Shown here piece after piece: positions 9,406-19,456 of a DNA stretch of 57,437 bases. The stretch's first letter is position 1, and each line of letters opens with the position of its first letter. Origin of the DNA: a virus. Its lineage: Duplodnaviria > Caudoviricetes. The stretch covers positions 1 to 57,437 of IMG/VR virus record IMGVR_UViG_3300018481_000008; one strand, written 5' to 3'. The notes beneath the pieces were generated by a model, which saw nothing but the letters and a program-made list of their open reading frames with translations, did not search any database and had not been told where the DNA came from. Both the position numbers and the translations under genes were made by a program.

Positions 9406-9807
9406 ATGAACATTGACGAAGCGAAGAAAATAGCGGGTCGTAGTAGTATTGGAAAACACAAGACTGGTGCAGTTATTTCTATTGATGGAAGAATCATCAG
9501 TAATGGCTGGTCACATGTACCTCATTACAAACTACGCAGTAAGCGATCACTACATGCTGAGATTCATGCACTTGCTAGAGGACGTTACAAGGAACTCGAA
9601 CGTGGAGTAATTTGCATCGCTACGATTGCTAGACGTAGTGGAAACTACGTGAGCGCAAAGCCCTGTCTGGATTGTGCAATTGCACTACGAGCCGCTGGTA
9701 TCTATCAAGTATACTACACACTGAACAACGATTGGAATGATTTTCTCAATCTTCTTGATGAATCAGTGTTCGACGATTTGAAGATTTATGAGCGCAACGG
9801 CAACTAG
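9406..9807 (+). CDS. Cytidine/dCMP deaminase-family protein
   Basis: H.TGAVI, SLHAEIHAL and AKPCLDC zinc motifs. Confidence 0.85.
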   Translation: MNIDEAKKIAGRSSIGKHKTGAVISIDGRIISNGWSHVPHYKLRSKRSLHAEIHALARGRYKELERGVICIATIARRSGNYVSAKPCLDCAIALRAAGIYQVYYTLNNDWNDFLNLLDESVFDDLKIYERNGN

Positions 9808-11968
9808 CCTACGACTAGAGTTCTTCGACTATCTCTTTGAAGAGAGGGATGGTTTCCTGTGCATCGCTCATGCACCGAAGAACAACAAGAACAAGTTTGA
9901 GCAGAAGTTCTTTTCGTGGCCTGAACAACGCGAATTGATGGGACAGTACATTGATGAGAAAGTTACCGGAAACAATGTATGGTTCAGCGTCAACCTCTTT
10001 AGACGCCCCGAGCGCAAACGAGATTTTGCTCTGCCTACTCGACTTGTGTGGGCTGATCTTGATAACTGTGATCCAGCAGAGGTTGAACCGATACCACAAT
10101 GTCGTATCCAAACGTCTCCTAAGCGGTTCCAGGCATTTTGGAGATTAGATGAACTAATCGACCCGGAGTTGGCTCAGTCCTATTCTAAGCGTATTGCATA
10201 TCAGTATCGTGATAAAGGTGCTGATACGTCCGGTTGGGATATTGAGCAATTGCTACGGGTGCCTTTTACGTATAACTACAAGTACGATGATGGTGCTACT
10301 CACGTTCCAGAAGTAACTTTGATGAGTGCTTTTGAAGCTATGCTCCCTGTGGCGGTTTTCGATGTTGCAACAGTCCCCACAGTTGAGGAACAAGTAGCAG
10401 CCGATATGCCAATGCCAGACTTGGAAGGTCTGCCAGAGGTATCTACTATCGTCTACAAGTTTCAGTCTCATCTGCGTAAAACATCATTCGATGATCTATT
10501 CGCAACGGAGCCTAGCTCCGATTGGTCAGCAGCTATGTGGCACCTTATCAACATCTGCCTAGAAGCAGGTATGACGAATGAGGAAGCGTTCGTAGTCTGC
10601 ATGGAAGCTAAGTGCAATAAGTACGAGCGTGATAACAGACCAATCGGATACTTGTGGAAAGAAATTCTCAAAGCAGAGATTAAGCAGAAACAAATTGCTC
10701 TGATCGTTAGTGATGTTAAGCCGCTAGTCATCCCTGAACTGTACATAGGTGATCCGCCGGCGTCAATCATTGACGACTACAAAGCATGGGCAGTTAAGGC
10801 TACAGATGCGGTAGAAGAGTATCACGAACTAGCAAGTACGATGATGCTTTCATCAATTCTCAGTGGCGGTTTGTATTGTGATACTTCATGGGGTAAGGTC
10901 ATTCCTAACCTGTGGGGTCTTATCCTTGGTGACAGTACGTTGACTCGTAAGACTACTGCTATGAAAATGGCAATGGAATTTGTTAGTGAGATTGATCGTG
11001 AAATTGTAGTAGCCACAGATGGTTCAGTAGAGGGTCTACTGTCAGGTATTGCTACTAGACCTGGTGAAGTTTCAGTTTTCTACAAGGATGAAGTCAGTGG
11101 ATTCATCGACAGCATCAATAGAAAAGATTATCTCGCAGGAATGCCGGAAACGCTCACTCAGTTGTATGACGTGCCACCGTTCCTTACACGACGGTTACGT
11201 AAAGAAACTATCACTATTACAAACCCGGTATTCATCTTTTTTGGTGGAGGAATTCGAGATAAAATGTACGCATTGCTTAACGACGAACACATTTTGTCCG
11301 GCTTTCTCCCCAGGTTCCTTATCGTCGGTGGTGACGCAGACCTTAGTAAGATGCGTCCTACCGGCCCGTTGGCACCAAGCATCGATTCCAAAAGAAGAGA
11401 GTTAAGAGAACGGTTTGTTCATCTACATACCATCTATAGTGGTATGTCTGAAATGGAGATTCCAGAAGCAGATACCGTTCTAAAAATTCCAACGCAGACG
11501 GAGGTTGTGCTAACTAATGAAGCGTGGCAATTCTTCCAAGACACAGAAATGCTGCTTGCCAAAGCAGCGAGTGAGAGTACCGCAAGTATGGTCGCCCAAC
11601 CTACATTCGGTAGGCTTGCCTGGTCTGCATTCAAAATGGCGATGCTTTTCGCAGCATGTAGGCAGGAACCAAAGAAGGGCAAGATCACAGCAGAACTAGT
11701 TGATCTTCAAGCTGCTGTCTACTACGTACAGAAATGGGGTATTCATACAGTTGATCTGATTCTGAACGTAGGACGTACTACGAACCAACGTATCATCAGC
11801 AAAGTGTACGAGCACGTTAGGCGTAGGCCAGGATGCACTCGTAGCGAAATTTCACGTGTACATCATCTGAGCAAGAAAGAGCTAGACGTGATTCTTGACA
11901 CTCTAATCGACAGAGGACAAGTTAGAGTCCAGAAGGTAGGAAATGGGTACACAGTCCATCCCATCTAA
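9788..11968 (+). CDS. Primase-helicase (RepB-like primase + DUF3987-like domain + C-terminal wHTH)
   Basis: WADLD, IQTSPKRFQAFW, D.SGWD..QLLRVP.TYNYKY; GDSTLTRKTT, YKDE, SGFLPRF. Confidence 0.8.
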   Translation: MSATATSLRLEFFDYLFEERDGFLCIAHAPKNNKNKFEQKFFSWPEQRELMGQYIDEKVTGNNVWFSVNLFRRPERKRDFALPTRLVWADLDNCDPAEVEPIPQCRIQTSPKRFQAFWRLDELIDPELAQSYSKRIAYQYRDKGADTSGWDIEQLLRVPFTYNYKYDDGATHVPEVTLMSAFEAMLPVAVFDVATVPTVEEQVAADMPMPDLEGLPEVSTIVYKFQSHLRKTSFDDLFATEPSSDWSAAMWHLINICLEAGMTNEEAFVVCMEAKCNKYERDNRPIGYLWKEILKAEIKQKQIALIVSDVKPLVIPELYIGDPPASIIDDYKAWAVKATDAVEEYHELASTMMLSSILSGGLYCDTSWGKVIPNLWGLILGDSTLTRKTTAMKMAMEFVSEIDREIVVATDGSVEGLLSGIATRPGEVSVFYKDEVSGFIDSINRKDYLAGMPETLTQLYDVPPFLTRRLRKETITITNPVFIFFGGGIRDKMYALLNDEHILSGFLPRFLIVGGDADLSKMRPTGPLAPSIDSKRRELRERFVHLHTIYSGMSEMEIPEADTVLKIPTQTEVVLTNEAWQFFQDTEMLLAKAASESTASMVAQPTFGRLAWSAFKMAMLFAACRQEPKKGKITAELVDLQAAVYYVQKWGIHTVDLILNVGRTTNQRIISKVYEHVRRRPGCTRSEISRVHHLSKKELDVILDTLIDRGQVRVQKVGNGYTVHPI

Positions 11969-12115
11969 TGGTTCAGTGTGCCCTAAAAGTCCATTGTCTC
12001 CAAAAGGGCCACATCTGTATCAGATTGATAAGGGAGATAGGAACTTCAAAATCTGTTCGTGGTGTGATACAACAGCCTATCGAACCGACGATGATCTTAC
12101 GGAAGGGAAGGTGTA

Positions 12116-12433
12116 ATGGGAACTAATGGTGGGGAGCCTACAGAGCTAGAGATTCTCCAAGCTAGGCTTAGGAAGGAAATGGAGAAGTGGGATCAGCTAG
12201 GTATTGATACCGGCGATATTACTTCCGGTGGTGGTCAGGTGCGGCTTAGTTTGCGGATTGACGCTCTTACGCAGATGATGGTAGAGAAGGGCGTTTTTAC
12301 CGAAGATGAAGTCAACACGAAGTTCTGCCAGATCGCACTAGAGTTCTATCCTGAGCTTAGAAAAGAAATGGAGCCGATGATTGTAGAGGCTCGTTTGGCA
12401 GCATTGAAGCGCGGCGAGATTAGGAAGCACTAA
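12116..12433 (+). CDS. Hypothetical protein
   Basis: TAATG coupling; helical, in operon. Confidence 0.6.
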   Translation: MGTNGGEPTELEILQARLRKEMEKWDQLGIDTGDITSGGGQVRLSLRIDALTQMMVEKGVFTEDEVNTKFCQIALEFYPELRKEMEPMIVEARLAALKRGEIRKH

Positions 12434-12780
12434 TGGAGCTACCTGAATATCTGGACTACGTAGAAGCCGTACTAGACGACGAGCTACGTGAGTACGTCTA
12501 CAAGAAGTTCGATACTCTACAGGAGGATAAGGTTAGAGAGTTTGGGCAGCGCAAGGTTCCCTATGCTAACTCCTATTGGGAGAATCAGCTAGGTATGTAT
12601 CTATATCGAGCATGGACGCTTGGACTAGATACTCCCGCTGGCAGACAGGCACTAATGAAGTACGTTGCTACGGCAGTTGGTATGCTAGCTCAGAGCGTGG
12701 CTCTCTATGGAGAGCTTCCAGAGCCAGGAGTTACTAGTGGAGAGAATCTAGACAAGCTGAGGCCATTTGGAGACTATTAA
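12433..12780 (+). CDS. Hypothetical protein
   Basis: TAATG coupling. Confidence 0.6.
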   Translation: MELPEYLDYVEAVLDDELREYVYKKFDTLQEDKVREFGQRKVPYANSYWENQLGMYLYRAWTLGLDTPAGRQALMKYVATAVGMLAQSVALYGELPEPGVTSGENLDKLRPFGDY

Positions 12781-12985
12781 CCACCCATCACATTACGGCG
12801 GTGATACTACATACGAAGCTATCAAGGTCATTGAAGCATGGGAACTAAGCTTCACTCTTGGTAATGCTGTCAAGTATATCTGTCGTGCAGGAAAGAAGCG
12901 TAGGGATCGTAGACTAGAAGATTTGAAGAAGGCTAGATGGTATATCGACCGTGAGATTACTAAATTGGAGAGCAATGAAAACTGA
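12767..12985 (+). CDS. DUF3310-family phage protein
   Basis: INHPSHY...GNAVKYICRAGKK...EDLKKARWYIDR. Confidence 0.85.
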   Translation: METINHPSHYGGDTTYEAIKVIEAWELSFTLGNAVKYICRAGKKRRDRRLEDLKKARWYIDREITKLESNEN

Positions 12986-13463
12986 ACTCCGTTACGGTGA
13001 TGCTGTTGGTGAGATTTGTCCAGTGTGTAAATCCCTAGTTGGTACGTCACAAACAGTTGAGGAAGCACTCGTAGAGTTTCATGAAACGTATGGACTGGTC
13101 ATTAATGAAAGCCCAATCGGATTCACCTTTGAGGAAGATGAAGATAAGACTGAGCTATTCCAGCTACGTTCCAATCTAGTGATGGAAGAGTATAGTGAAT
13201 GGCAGGCCGCACATGAAGGTGAGGATCTAGTAGAGCTTGCTGACGCTATCTGTGATCTAGTCTACGTCCTAGTAGGTACTGCTGTAAGTTACGGTATTCC
13301 GTTTGATCGCTGCTTTGCAGAAGTGCAGCGTAGTAACATGAGCAAGCTAGGTGAAGATGGTAAGCCAATCGTTCGTGAGACTGACGGCAAGATTCTAAAG
13401 GGACCAAACTTCTCGCCGCCCGATCTACACAGCATCATCTATGGAGGAAACAATGAGAGTTGA
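12975..13463 (+). CDS. MazG-like/PRA-PH nucleotide pyrophosphohydrolase
   Basis: EFHETYG, LVMEEYSE, LADAICDLVYV, EVQRSNMSK, DGKILKGPNF. Confidence 0.85.
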   Translation: MKTELRYGDAVGEICPVCKSLVGTSQTVEEALVEFHETYGLVINESPIGFTFEEDEDKTELFQLRSNLVMEEYSEWQAAHEGEDLVELADAICDLVYVLVGTAVSYGIPFDRCFAEVQRSNMSKLGEDGKPIVRETDGKILKGPNFSPPDLHSIIYGGNNES

Positions 13464-13647
13464 AATTCGCAATCGTAGAGTGTACTTGATTGCTAAGAAT
13501 CGCAAAACCCTTAACATGAGTGAGCAGTACGCAACTAACTGGAATGCTAAACGAGCAGCTAAAAGAATGTTCCCTGCTATTCCTGCGGAGGTAGCAAATG
13601 ACAACGACGGAGCAAGTCGTAGTCAGCCGGAAACACCCGCTAGCTGA
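13441..13647 (+). CDS. Hypothetical protein
   Basis: YLIAKNRKTL..SEQY...NAKRAA. Confidence 0.5.
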   Translation: MEETMRVEIRNRRVYLIAKNRKTLNMSEQYATNWNAKRAAKRMFPAIPAEVANDNDGASRSQPETPAS

Positions 13648-16156
13648 CTGTGAAAAGTGTCCACTCTATAAGCGGAACATGGCTGCTTCACAATTCCCCA
13701 TAGGGGGTAAAGCTAGAGCCGCCATTGTCTCACGTAGTCCTGGCTTCCATGATGGTATGGCTGGTAGGCCGTTTGCTGGACCTAGTGGTCAGGTACTAGA
13801 TCATCTACTTCATCGCAATGGAGTAAAACGAGAGGATTGTCTTGTTACGAATGTCGTCCTATGTGAACCGCTACAGGGTGCGAAGGTTCCAAAGGAAGCA
13901 GTTGAAGCATGTTCTAAGAGACTTAAGCATGAAATTGACAAATCAGGTACAAGACTTGTCATTGCAGCAGGATCTGAGGCCGTCAATGCTATTGTCGGTA
14001 AGGGGTCGGTTGACAGTTATCGAGGTTACAGGCTTGAACGAGAAGGGCGAACAGTTGTTGCAACCAACAACCCTGCACTCGTACTCCGTGACGATTCTAC
14101 CTTCCCCAATCTCGTAAAGGATTTCAAACGGGCATTCAACCCAATGCCCGAACCAACAATGCCCAAGGTGGTATTGATCGAAGGAGTAGAAGATGCAAAG
14201 CAAGCCTTCAAGAGGCTACAGTCAGTACGCGGAACAGTTAGCGCCGATATTGAGTCTAGAGGAGGACTTACGCATAGAGCGCATATCGTTTCTCTCCAAC
14301 TTAGTCATGAAGGATCTTCTGCGATTGTGTTCGGAGAACGGGGTGGACTATTTAAAGACCGGGATTTCATTGATAATTACATGCGACCATTCTTTGAATC
14401 CACCACTCGTAGTTTTCTCTGGCATAACGGAATCTTTGACACTAAAATCCTCAGACACGGATACGGAATCGAAGCCAGAGTAGATGAAGATACTCTACTA
14501 CTGAGCTATGCACTAGATGAGCGCGGAGGAAAAGAGAACGAAGGTGGCTACCACACTCTAGAGTATCTAATGATGGAAGAGTTTGGTTGGCCGCACTATA
14601 CACCACCAGCGGTAAGCGCATTCAAAAAGACTGGCGAGATTGTACCATTGACGGTGCAGGCTAAACTAAAGAAGCAGTACGGGGAAGATTATAAGTCATC
14701 CGATGAGTATAAGAGAATCGAGAACGAGAATTATCTTGCTCTATACAAGTATGCGGGTTACGATGCCGCAGGAACTTTCCAGTTGTTTGCGGTCCAGTCC
14801 GAACGAGCTAAAGAAGATGGAGTCTTTGATAAGCCGTATAGGGAAACACTCCTAGCAGCAGAAGATGTACTACGTAGTATGGAAACTTGTGGTATGCCTT
14901 ACGACTACCATCGTGCTGCTGAAATGTTGGAGAAAGAAGTTGACCCGGAACTAGCAACTATCACGAAAGACCTACAGAAGCTAACCAAGAAGAATCTACT
15001 TAACCCTGCGTCCACCAAGCAAATGGCAGTAGTGTACTACGATGACTTCAAGGTCAACCATGAAATGCGTTCACGGCCAGACAAGGATCGTAGTACAGAT
15101 GATAGTGCTAGAAAGGAAATGACGGATGGACGCTTCGTATTTGTGGGAGAGCATACGGCAGTTATGGAAGAGGGTAGGATGGTTAAAAGACCTGCCCAAG
15201 ATGCCCAAAAGACCCGCAACCTAATTCAGCAGATTGCCAAGCAACATGATAGATTCCAGAAGCTAAACAAGCAAGCTGGTACTTACCTGCATGGCCTCAT
15301 TAAGGAGGCAGAGGATGATCCCGAGTCAAGAATCTATACGTCCCTACCTCGTCATGCAACGTCAACAGGGCGTCTTGCCTCACGAGGACCGAATCTACAA
15401 AATGTTACTAGAACCAAAGAAGGCTTGCCTGACATTCGCGGATTGTTCTTTGCTCTCCCAGGTACATTACTGGTACAGGCAGACTACTCGCAAGCCGAGC
15501 TTAGAACAATTGCTGCACTTTCTGGCGATAGACTCCTAAGCGGTTACTATGAACGTGGTGAGGATCTACACAACGCCACAGCCAGTAGGTTCTACGGTCC
15601 TGAGTTTACCAAAGAACAAAGAGCTAACTCTAAGAACATGAACTTCGGTGTGTTCTATCGACAATCAGCAGATACCTTTCAGGAGAAGCATGAAATCCCT
15701 GCCGAGGAAGCACAGAAGTACATTGATTGGGTATGGTCTACTTTCACTACTGTGGGTGAGTGGGAGAAAGACATTGAAAAGCAATGTCACGCCAACAAAC
15801 ATCGAGACTACACTTTCGTGGTTTCGCCATTCGGCCACAGAAGGCGATTTTATCTTATCACGAAGGAAAATCGGAACGCGGTGTATCGGGAAGCAATCAA
15901 CTTTCTTCCTCAAAACATTGCAGCCAACTTCACGCTTCACGCTTGCATTCATTTGCACAAAGAAGTGGACTACACTAAAGCAAAACTATGTCTCACGGTA
16001 CACGATTCAATACTCGCTCAAGTCGAAGAAGAATACGTTGAAGAATACCAAGGTATCTGTAAACAAGTGATGGAGTCTCTACCACACGATATGCTAGGTT
16101 GGACTCTTCCTTTCGTGGCTGATGTTGGTCACGGTAAAACATGGGCGGTGGCATAA
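13598..16156 (+). CDS. polA: Family A DNA polymerase with N-terminal UDG-like domain
   Basis: UDG4-like CEKCPL/GRPFAGPSG/TNVVLC; exonuclease ADIES, HNGIFD, YAGYD; TGRLAS.GPNLQN, ADYSQAELR, RANSKNMNFGVFY, TVHDS. Confidence 0.92.
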   Translation: MTTTEQVVVSRKHPLADCEKCPLYKRNMAASQFPIGGKARAAIVSRSPGFHDGMAGRPFAGPSGQVLDHLLHRNGVKREDCLVTNVVLCEPLQGAKVPKEAVEACSKRLKHEIDKSGTRLVIAAGSEAVNAIVGKGSVDSYRGYRLEREGRTVVATNNPALVLRDDSTFPNLVKDFKRAFNPMPEPTMPKVVLIEGVEDAKQAFKRLQSVRGTVSADIESRGGLTHRAHIVSLQLSHEGSSAIVFGERGGLFKDRDFIDNYMRPFFESTTRSFLWHNGIFDTKILRHGYGIEARVDEDTLLLSYALDERGGKENEGGYHTLEYLMMEEFGWPHYTPPAVSAFKKTGEIVPLTVQAKLKKQYGEDYKSSDEYKRIENENYLALYKYAGYDAAGTFQLFAVQSERAKEDGVFDKPYRETLLAAEDVLRSMETCGMPYDYHRAAEMLEKEVDPELATITKDLQKLTKKNLLNPASTKQMAVVYYDDFKVNHEMRSRPDKDRSTDDSARKEMTDGRFVFVGEHTAVMEEGRMVKRPAQDAQKTRNLIQQIAKQHDRFQKLNKQAGTYLHGLIKEAEDDPESRIYTSLPRHATSTGRLASRGPNLQNVTRTKEGLPDIRGLFFALPGTLLVQADYSQAELRTIAALSGDRLLSGYYERGEDLHNATASRFYGPEFTKEQRANSKNMNFGVFYRQSADTFQEKHEIPAEEAQKYIDWVWSTFTTVGEWEKDIEKQCHANKHRDYTFVVSPFGHRRRFYLITKENRNAVYREAINFLPQNIAANFTLHACIHLHKEVDYTKAKLCLTVHDSILAQVEEEYVEEYQGICKQVMESLPHDMLGWTLPFVADVGHGKTWAVA

Positions 16157-16314
16157 TGGACACACTACTAGACGTAATTCTCTGCTTTGTGGCACTAATC
16201 GTAATCACCACGTTTCTGATCGCCGCTTGTGGCGCAGGGGCGACCGGCCGATCCCCAAATCCGAATGCTGGAATTGAATCCTACGGGGCAGCGAGGGGTC
16301 TGCCGGTGGTCTAG
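16156..16314 (+). CDS. Small membrane or lipoprotein-like peptide (52 aa, not in ORF track)
   Basis: TAATG coupling; MDTLLDVILCFVALIVITTFLIAAC. Confidence 0.45.
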   Translation: MDTLLDVILCFVALIVITTFLIAACGAGATGRSPNPNAGIESYGAARGLPVV

Positions 16315-16361
16315 GGTCGGCGCTCAGGAGCCGTCAGAGACAGCCTCAAACTAGGAGCATA

Positions 16362-16814
16362 GTGAAGATACTCACGATAGACCCAGGAGATACAACAGGC
16401 TTCGTAGAGGCAAAGATCGACACAACCCTGCTAAGACTAAAGCCGTTTCAAGGAAGATACACAGCTAATCAGTTCTACAACGTACTGATTAAGTGCAATC
16501 CCGAACAGGTACTATGTGAGAAGTTTGAATGTCGTCAGCACAACACGTTAGGTATGAGCATGACTAGTGCACATCTAATTGGTGTAACGATGTTGTACTG
16601 TGAAGAGTACGATATTCCACTTAGAATGCAAGATCCATCTTTTGGTGAAGGTGGCTTCTTTAAAGGTATGAACAATCTAAAGAAAGCCGGTGTGTATATC
16701 GGCGGTGAGCCATACCATCATGCTATGGAAGCTATGCGCGGCTTCATGCAATGGTTTACATTCGGCCCTGGCTACAAGTACCACAACAAGCAGCAGATTG
16801 AGCTAATCAAATGA
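16362..16814 (+). CDS. RuvC-like Holliday junction resolvase
   Basis: ILTIDPGDTTG, VLCE, HAMEA (RNase H fold pattern). Confidence 0.7.
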   Translation: MKILTIDPGDTTGFVEAKIDTTLLRLKPFQGRYTANQFYNVLIKCNPEQVLCEKFECRQHNTLGMSMTSAHLIGVTMLYCEEYDIPLRMQDPSFGEGGFFKGMNNLKKAGVYIGGEPYHHAMEAMRGFMQWFTFGPGYKYHNKQQIELIK

Positions 16815-16881
16815 GATACGATTTTGTGATCGTGATTCCATACTCGCAGCAGACAGAAGTGAAAGATCGTCTTGCAAAGGG

Positions 16882-17310
16882 TTGGGAACCATTCGCAATG
16901 TATGTGGACGATGGTACGCTCTGGATTGCGCTGAGACTACCATCGTGATTAGACGTGAAGTTATGGAAGCGCACTTCCCCGACTTCGTAAAGAAGGTCGA
17001 TAAGCTAGTTAGAGAGGCCGATGATTTCTGCCGTGAAGTTTGTCCACCACCACAGAGTAAACATATCTCTAAGAAGAAAACGCCGCGCTCTAAAAAGCAC
17101 AATGATCCCCGTCAATCAAAGATCCGTATTGAGATACTAGCCACTCTTGATATATATGGACTAATGAGACTTAAGGATATTGCGAGGTTATCGAATTATG
17201 GGTACGAAAGTGTAGCTGCTAAGATTCGTGATATGAAGGCCGAAGGGGAAGTTGTTAGTCCTGAACGTGGGTTCTACAAAAAAGGAGCACCTAGGCAGGA
17301 GAGAACCTAG
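16882..17310 (+). CDS. wHTH DNA-binding protein (true start probably downstream)
   Basis: C-terminal MRLKDIARLSNYGYESVAAKIRDMKAEGEV...RGFY. Confidence 0.55.
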   Translation: MGTIRNVCGRWYALDCAETTIVIRREVMEAHFPDFVKKVDKLVREADDFCREVCPPPQSKHISKKKTPRSKKHNDPRQSKIRIEILATLDIYGLMRLKDIARLSNYGYESVAAKIRDMKAEGEVVSPERGFYKKGAPRQERT

Positions 17311-17317
17311 GTGCCCC
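17284..17317. terminator. Hairpin at the convergence of the two transcription units
   Basis: gcacctagg-caggagagaa-cctaggtgc. Confidence 0.5.
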
Positions 17318-17347
17318 ATATCGCCGCGTCGCGCAGCGAACTTTAAG

Positions 17348-17641
17348 TTAAGGCTTAGGAGCTAGAGTCGTAGGAGCAATGACCGGAGGGGATTCAGCAT
17401 TAACGTAAGCTGACTCTACGCCAGGTAGTCCCTGAGCAGTACCACTATTACCGACTTTACTAGCAATAACTCCCTTGATTACTGCAATGATACCGGCGAT
17501 TGCAGCAACCTTTGCTTTAGTCCAAAAGTCGGCATCCACACTCTCTGTCGCACCGTCAACAAAGAGCAGAGCGCCAAATGTCTGTAGGAACGTCCAAATA
17601 GAACGTTCCGCCAGATCAAGTAGAAATGCCTTGTTAAACAC
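17348..17641 (-). CDS. Holin (r1t-like)
   Basis: LDLAERSIWTFLQT; two TM segments; next to endolysin. Confidence 0.8.
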   Translation of the reverse strand: MFNKAFLLDLAERSIWTFLQTFGALLFVDGATESVDADFWTKAKVAAIAGIIAVIKGVIASKVGNSGTAQGLPGVESAYVNAESPPVIAPTTLAPKP

Positions 17642-17743
17642 GTTTCTCCTTAGAATGCATTAGTTCCAGCAAATACGACAATCACCATACAAACAGCAAT
17701 GATGATGAGACATACATCAGCTACGGTGAGATTCATTACTCTC

Positions 17744-18526
17744 CTAGGGTGTTACATCGAAGTGCAAGTAACAGTTGATAGAACGATAGTTATGCGGATA
17801 GTGCCCCATAGGATAACCTCCCATCGAGTACACATGCATACCGCTATCACCTTCCCAACCTGCTACGTGAGTAGGACTACCTCTAGAGAACGCAGGGGAA
17901 TTAAAAGCGGTGAAACCATACATCACCATATCTCCTGGTTCCATATCTAGACGCCTACACTTTATGCCTCCGGCCATTAGCGTACCTGTGTACCCTAGAC
18001 CGTTGTAGGACATTCGTGATCCACCGACAACATTAGGATTCTTCGCATTAGCAGCGTCGTATCCTAGGATCATGGTGCCGGAACAGTCAATAGCTCTAGG
18101 TACTCGAAAGTCCATATCTACTCCATGCATAAATGGTCTGGACTGTGAGTAGCGAATAGAGCCTCTGCTTGCGTACATGCGTCGCCATGCAGCTACGATG
18201 TTCCCACGAATAACATCTTCTGGCGATACGTGATAACGTTCGTATTCAGCCTCCATGATCTTTACTGCGACAGGATCAAAAGCCATACCGGGCTTGCCCT
18301 TGGCTTTCGTATCCTCTAGATTGTTATGTGCCCTAGGACCATAGCCTGCTGGCTTACGGCCATGCTTCTTGTGCAGCGCATATACGGCATTTCTCATACC
18401 GACGCCATAGACGTTAGTAAAGTTTCCCCATTCCATAAAGCCCGCACGACTTAGTGCGCGTTTCACCGCAATCACGTCCGGCCCTCTCGTGCCAAAGACT
18501 AGACTACGGGGAAGTGGTACTTCCAT
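17744..18526 (-). CDS. Endolysin: PG-binding domain + NlpC/P60 peptidase
   Basis: GTRGPDVIAVKRAL; IDCSG, EPGDMVMYG, THVA. Confidence 0.8.
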   Translation of the reverse strand: MEVPLPRSLVFGTRGPDVIAVKRALSRAGFMEWGNFTNVYGVGMRNAVYALHKKHGRKPAGYGPRAHNNLEDTKAKGKPGMAFDPVAVKIMEAEYERYHVSPEDVIRGNIVAAWRRMYASRGSIRYSQSRPFMHGVDMDFRVPRAIDCSGTMILGYDAANAKNPNVVGGSRMSYNGLGYTGTLMAGGIKCRRLDMEPGDMVMYGFTAFNSPAFSRGSPTHVAGWEGDSGMHVYSMGGYPMGHYPHNYRSINCYLHFDVTP

Positions 18527-18645
18527 TATTTTTCTGCTCCTTCTGCTGCTTCTTCAGTTTCCTCTTCATCCTCTTCCTGTGGAGTATCTGAGGGATCACT
18601 AGGATCGTCCGGTGCGGGTAGTTCTTCCTCAGTTACTTCATGCAT
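18526..18645 (-). CDS. 39-aa highly acidic peptide (not in ORF track)
   Basis: RBS aaggagg; MHEVTEEELPAPDDPSDPSDTPQEEDEEETEEAAEGAEK; TAATG coupling to endolysin. Confidence 0.6.
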   Translation of the reverse strand: MHEVTEEELPAPDDPSDPSDTPQEEDEEETEEAAEGAEK

Positions 18646-18654
18646 GATTCCTCC

Positions 18655-18786
18655 TTAACGCCAGAATACTTCTAGGACAATTGAAGCCAATCCTACTACT
18701 GTGAAAAATAGTAGTGTAGTAGGATTCTTAAGAGCTATTTGTTTAGACTTATTGTGTATCGCTGCTACTGTTTTGTCAGAAATCAT
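18655..18786 (-). CDS. 43-aa single-TM membrane peptide (not in ORF track)
   Basis: MISDKTV...TLLFFTVVGLASIVLEVFWR. Confidence 0.5.
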   Translation of the reverse strand: MISDKTVAAIHNKSKQIALKNPTTLLFFTVVGLASIVLEVFWR

Positions 18787-18985
18787 CTTTGATTTCCGAA
18801 GTGTCAATGTAACGAGTAATTGGGAAGCCCATCATTAATAATGCTGCCATTACGATGCTCCGATCAGTTACTTCCGACCAAAACGCTTCGTACAGTATAA
18901 TGCATAATCCACACAAAGAAACTAATGTTCTCCATAGCATGTATCCTTTAAATAACGTTCCTTTCTTTTTTCCTTCGTTTTGCAT
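18776..18985 (-). CDS. Small two-TM membrane protein (lysis region)
   Basis: Two hydrophobic segments. Confidence 0.55.
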   Translation of the reverse strand: MQNEGKKKGTLFKGYMLWRTLVSLCGLCIILYEAFWSEVTDRSIVMAALLMMGFPITRYIDTSEIKDDF

Positions 18986-19456
18986 TTAGAGTTCCGCCGG
19001 GAATTGGACCGGGGCCAAATCAAACCAAGTAGAACTGCCTACTTCTGGAACAATCAACCCATTGGCGTCTAGACGACAACTCCCAAAAAGACCATTTGAC
19101 ACACAAGCAAATCTAATATAGCCAAGTGAGAAACCGGGGCTAACATTAGGTCTAAACCCTATGGGTAGTGTAAAAGCTGCCGTACCTATTGTACCAGTTT
19201 TGATTAAGCCTCTTAGATGAACAATACCTGCTGCATCACGCATAAAAGCAGCGCGATGGTTCCCGTCTGAACCTGAGCTAAAATTAATCCAACTGTTTTG
19301 AAATGCAGGTGCTCCGGTAGTACCAACCTCGATCCACTTAGTAGAACGATCGTATTGACGTACATTGCCAATTTCTTCCCGCAGCTTTCCCTGTTCACTA
19401 TGAATATCAGGGAGGATGCCTCTACGCTTATATGCTCGTCTATCGTGAATACTCAT
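18986..19456 (-). CDS. Minor tail / receptor-binding protein
   Basis: FQNSW, GIVHLRGLIK.G, AFTLPIGFRP motif typical of siphophage tail-tip proteins. Confidence 0.7.
   Translation of the reverse strand: MSIHDRRAYKRRGILPDIHSEQGKLREEIGNVRQYDRSTKWIEVGTTGAPAFQNSWINFSSGSDGNHRAAFMRDAAGIVHLRGLIKTGTIGTAAFTLPIGFRPNVSPGFSLGYIRFACVSNGLFGSCRLDANGLIVPEVGSSTWFDLAPVQFPAEL

Noticed and set aside
9406-16156. Hypermodified or uracil-substituted DNA pathway
   Set aside because: Only a deaminase and a MazG-like gene; no thymidylate synthase/hydroxymethylase, kinase or glycosyltransferase recognised
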